From the NCBI RefSeq assembly GCF_964204645.1, contig NC_134029.1, forward strand, positions 12,054,850 to 12,118,849: DNA of 64,000 nucleotides, read 5' to 3'. Within the stretch, counting starts at the first letter, position 1, and every line of letters begins with the position of its first letter. A program made the position numbers and the translations under genes. The DNA comes from Tubulanus polymorphus (Eukaryota; Animalia; Nemertea). Positions 60,280 to 64,000 of the stretch are shown here, one piece after another. The notes beneath the pieces are model-generated. The model did not search any database. It saw nothing but the letters and a program-made list of their open reading frames with translations, and had not been told where the DNA came from.

Positions 60280-62135
60280 GATTTTTTGGTTTACCTTTCT
60301 CAGCAGTATGAGGTTGGCATTAAGCCAATTCATGTAAAATCATGGTACGTTTTTTATGTGAGCATTTTTTTCATTGGTTCTTGGGTTAAATGACGTATAG
60401 TCGATGCGATTGAAAACATGACAACCTCTGTCGAATACATGGTCAACTTTGTTTAAATTCGACGAAAAACTGTTTTTGGTGGTAAAATTCCTAACTCTTG
60501 CGTGTAAAATTGCAATGACCTCGATTGGGGGCGTCGTCTCTATGAGCGAATGTGATCTGTTTTTGGGATATACGGGGAATTCCGTCGCTACTAAGATAAT
60601 TATGGGAAAGCCATTCATGGCCGTATATGTGCGAATTTTAAATGCTCATTGCTTGTGAGAATATAATTATTTCACATATCACCATAGGTATTGTTTCCTT
60701 TTATACCCGGTGATTGTGTTGATTGAGATAGAAGTGAAGCAATTCCAGGATTTAAAACGATCTAATACTACGCCCCGTTGTTTTAGCTTCCGCAGCCATA
60801 CATTGGTAGAGGTTTCGTTTCCAAGACTCAATATTCAGCCACCCTCTGATATGTGACATCATATGAATTTAATTTGACAGGGGCGTAGCCACCTAAAATT
60901 CAATGGTGCGACAATCCGGAGCGCACATCCAAACGAGCGCCGAAGGCGCGATGTCTAGAAGGGGGGTTTTGGGGGCCCTCGCCCGAGGAAAATTTTGAAC
61001 ATTAAAACGTCTGAGATGCATTCTGATGGCTATGAGAGCTCATATTTGAATAGTTTTTCTATAGATAATATAATGCCTCTAAGGTTATCTTTGGTCTAGG
61101 GACGGATCCAGATGTTTCACCATCCCAGAGCGGTTTCTGAGTCCTGCTGAACTGGAAGGGCAACTATATAACGGGGGACCTGGGGGCACTCCCCCAGAAA
61201 ATTTTGATTTTTCAAGGCTCTAAGATGCAATCTTTAAGCATATTTTGGGCATATAGTCTATCCCGCTTGAAGTTAACTATTTTCGTTTAGATTCATTTAG
61301 ACCATTTTCTATACTACTTCCAGAATACTTGCCCGGATAAAACATTCATGTTAGTACAAGAGCCTGTCAAAATCACGAACTAGAAAAATAGAAGGGCAAA
61401 CCTGAGTACCCCTCGATACAAGTGGTAGGCTGGATCTGCCCTTGACCATCTATTGATGAATAGTAAACTAATGTTAGCTTATTGTACATCAATACCGGTA
61501 CTCTCTCGATTTTCTCAGTTTCTCAGTTTCAGAATCAGTGAAATATAACCAGAAGAATACCGGTTTGAGTCGCTTTAAAGTAATATGAAAAAAGTCTTCT
61601 GAATTCGGCAACTTTGATACTGTGAGATCAGGTGCATGGTCCAGATGTGATACCGTAAACACTATAAACAAAACTCGCTGGAGTCACTGGGTTGGATGTG
61701 GCCTACACCGAAAATCTCAAGTGCATTACCAATGCCTCTGTATTAGCAACACTGACATCTTCAAAAGAACTTGATAACCCCCCCCCATGTAAATACAGAA
61801 TAACGTTTATTATGATGTTTTAGCATAATGGGTTTTTCGATTATTGGTGCGACATATGTCGCAGTTGTCGCACTGGTGGCTACGTCCCTGTTTGAATATT
61901 TTTTCATATTGTGAAAAATATTTTTTGGAAAATATAAAATAGTTCCCTGCCGCGCCTACCTGTACCCTACGAAATCTTTGGTCTTATTTGATGACAAAGT
62001 AATTCTTTAAGAATGATAAAATGCAATATAAACTTCTAGAACTTTGATGTCACAAATTAAAAAGATGTTTCAAGCAATGCCCTTACTCCAAACAACCTCT
62101 AGCTATTAAGGTAAACCACACTTTGCCCATGGGAA
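60280..62135 (+). mobile_element. Interspersed repeat family C, copy 3
   Basis: Aligns to 23815-25260 and 27190-27790. Confidence 0.75.
60878..61890. mobile_element. hAT-like non-autonomous element with an apparent 5-bp TSD
   Basis: TIRs CAGGGGCGTAGCCACC / CAGGGACGTAGCCACC; TTTGA is duplicated relative to the empty paralogous site at ~27255. Confidence 0.8.
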
Positions 62136-62149
62136 ATTTACTCTGGTTT

Positions 62150-62574
62150 TAATGTACCCGAAAGAAGTTTTCTTAAAACTATTGATGTTTGTCCAGCATC
62201 TTTTCTGGATATTGGGAAACTCCATACATCACGACTAAAAATATCAATTACATTTATTATCCACCATTAATTATTATTATTTTTTAAAAGATTTTTCATA
62301 TCAATTAAATCTCCCTGCCATTGTTGATCTACATAACTGACCATAGTTTTATGAGTTTTATATTTTCTTACAATCTCTTTTTGTGTTGTATATGTTGGTT
62401 GTTCTAACATAAATTCATTTATATCTTTATATTTAATTAAATTTTGCCGGATTATCTTGTTTGATTCGTTGCCAAATATTTTTTTACAGAAGAATAGGCA
62501 ACCGAAATCTTAGGATTATAATATAAATTTCTTAAATATTGTTCTTTAGTATTAGGAGATTGTTTACCTCCCAT
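62150..62574 (-). pseudogene. Maverick/Polinton c-integrase (rve), N-terminal part, frameshifted and truncated
   Basis: Hand translation across frameshifts gives MGGKQSPNTKEQYLRNLYYNPK...QPTYTT..., QQWQGDLIDM..., IDIFSRDVWSFPI, matching the Maverick integrase pattern YYNP...WQADL.DM...IDVFSKYAW..P. Confidence 0.85.
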
Positions 62575-62599
62575 TTATATATCATTGATATTAACTGTT

Positions 62600-63834
62600 T
62601 ATTTTTGATATTGAATACTATGTAATTGTGAATTTGTTATATTGCGCATCAGAAATAATATATACATGCATTTTATAATTATCGATTCCTTTTTCATGAA
62701 TAATTGTATTCCATCTTTTGTATTATCTAATTTTTTACCAGAGTCATGTAATGAATTATCTTCAGTTGTTCTTAAATATAACCGTAGTGCAAATTTATTA
62801 CCAGTATAATAATCAATATATTTGATATTACAATTCTCAGATAATTAATTTTTTTCATTCGTGAAAGGTTTTTTTATTTCTACCCATTGATCTATCATTC
62901 TCATTCCTTGACAAAATATTTTATTTGCTATTCTTTCAATAGTTATTTCTACTTTTAATATCTCAGGATTATTATATTTATCAACATCTATTGTACCATT
63001 TGAATATATTTTAGTAAAAGATATTAATATACCTTTAATTGATCTCCTTGGAAAGTTTATATTTTCATTAATCATTTCATCAGCTGAATTAATACTAACA
63101 GTTTTGAATTTATCAATATAATCATATAATAATGAAAATCCTTGATTAGTTTGAATTGTCCTCTCAAAATTTTCTTTAGTTACTGTATCATATTCTATAC
63201 ATATATTCGATAATTTATAATCCATATCTTTAATTACACTCGATAATACAATTTCATTTACAGGTGCAAAAGTTATTTCGAATATTAAATCTTCTTGAAT
63301 TGCATATTTATATAATGAAGAATTATCATTTATTAATTCAAAATCTAATGGAATTTTATATTTACTTCCATAAATGTTTTTTATTAAATTATCTGCAGCA
63401 TAAGTTACTATTGTATTATTGGCTTTTGTTCTTAATTTATCTTGATTTAAGGTTGGAATACCTTGGAAAATCATATTATTTCTATTCTCTTTAGTTAACC
63501 ATAAATCTTTATAATGCACAAATAAATTATAATCATCTAATGTATAAACAGTTTCTGTTCCAATTTGTATAGTTAATTTTTGTATTGAATATCTACCAAC
63601 ATTATCTACAACATAATTATTATCATGACCAGTTATTTCTTTATCAGCTGATAGATAGATACTATTTGGGACATAAAAAGTGTTTTGATTTAATCTCAGA
63701 ATACTAACATATACAGTTTCATTCCGATTAATACTAGAAGGATTATGAATAATTATGTGATGACAACGTTCTGCTTTAATCGCATTAGATATTCTCCTAT
63801 TTTTTGAAGGATCTATATACTTCCCATTCACCAT
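62600..63834 (-). pseudogene. Maverick/Polinton (adintovirus-like) putative major capsid protein
   Basis: 329-aa ORF (HNPSSI, DNVGRY, YKDLW, IPLDFE, NICIEYD, PRRSIKGIL, NPEILKVEITIE). Homology continues past a premature TAA at 62845 (NKFALRLYLRTTEDNSLHDSGKKLDNTKDGIQL...ISDAQ). The region is intronless, very AT-rich and adjacent to the c-integrase. Confidence 0.72.
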
Positions 63835-63861
63835 TTATTTAGAAAAGAAATTACTTATTTA

Positions 63862-64000
63862 TTTTTAGGCCAACCGTAGGCTGAGCCTATTACTATACAA
63901 ATGGAGCGAATTTAAATGACATGGTTTCCAGAGTAAAGGCTGTTTGACTGTGCAACTGAGCATATATTCATACAAATCTTTCATTAGAGCATTATCCATT
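63862..64000 (+). mobile_element. HINE family B 5' end (runs out of the window)
   Basis: Reverse complement of 17950-18082; TTTTAGGCC...GAGCCTA 5' hairpin. Confidence 0.8.

Overview
AT-rich metazoan genomic DNA, probably from an invertebrate. It is not prokaryotic, and it has no CRISPR array or rRNA. Most of the window is repeat-derived. (1) A ~89-bp satellite array (~2.0-18.2 kb) has higher-order structure and an internal reverse-oriented block, into which a young full-length BEL/Pao LTR retrotransposon inserted (6193-12381; 280-bp LTRs, ATAGT TSD, tRNA-Tyr-type PBS). (2) Two coding exons of a host alpha-methylacyl-CoA racemase (AMACR, CoA-transferase III family) gene lie on the + strand (33515-33659, 45013-45156). 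(3) Transposons include a piggyBac with an intact DDD core, a ~9-kb intron-containing MULE (ZSWIM1/3-like transposase), a Harbinger derivative keeping only its MADF gene, Gypsy, CR1/L2, RTE and Penelope fragments, and many MITEs. (4) At least three families of Helentron-type non-autonomous elements (HINE/DINE-1-like) occur; one carries tandem near-consensus CTCF motifs plus YY1 motifs. (5) At the right end is a Maverick/Polinton (adintovirus-like) fragment: a putative major capsid protein gene followed by a c-integrase gene. All calls were made by eye from motifs, and family assignments need HMM/Repbase confirmation.
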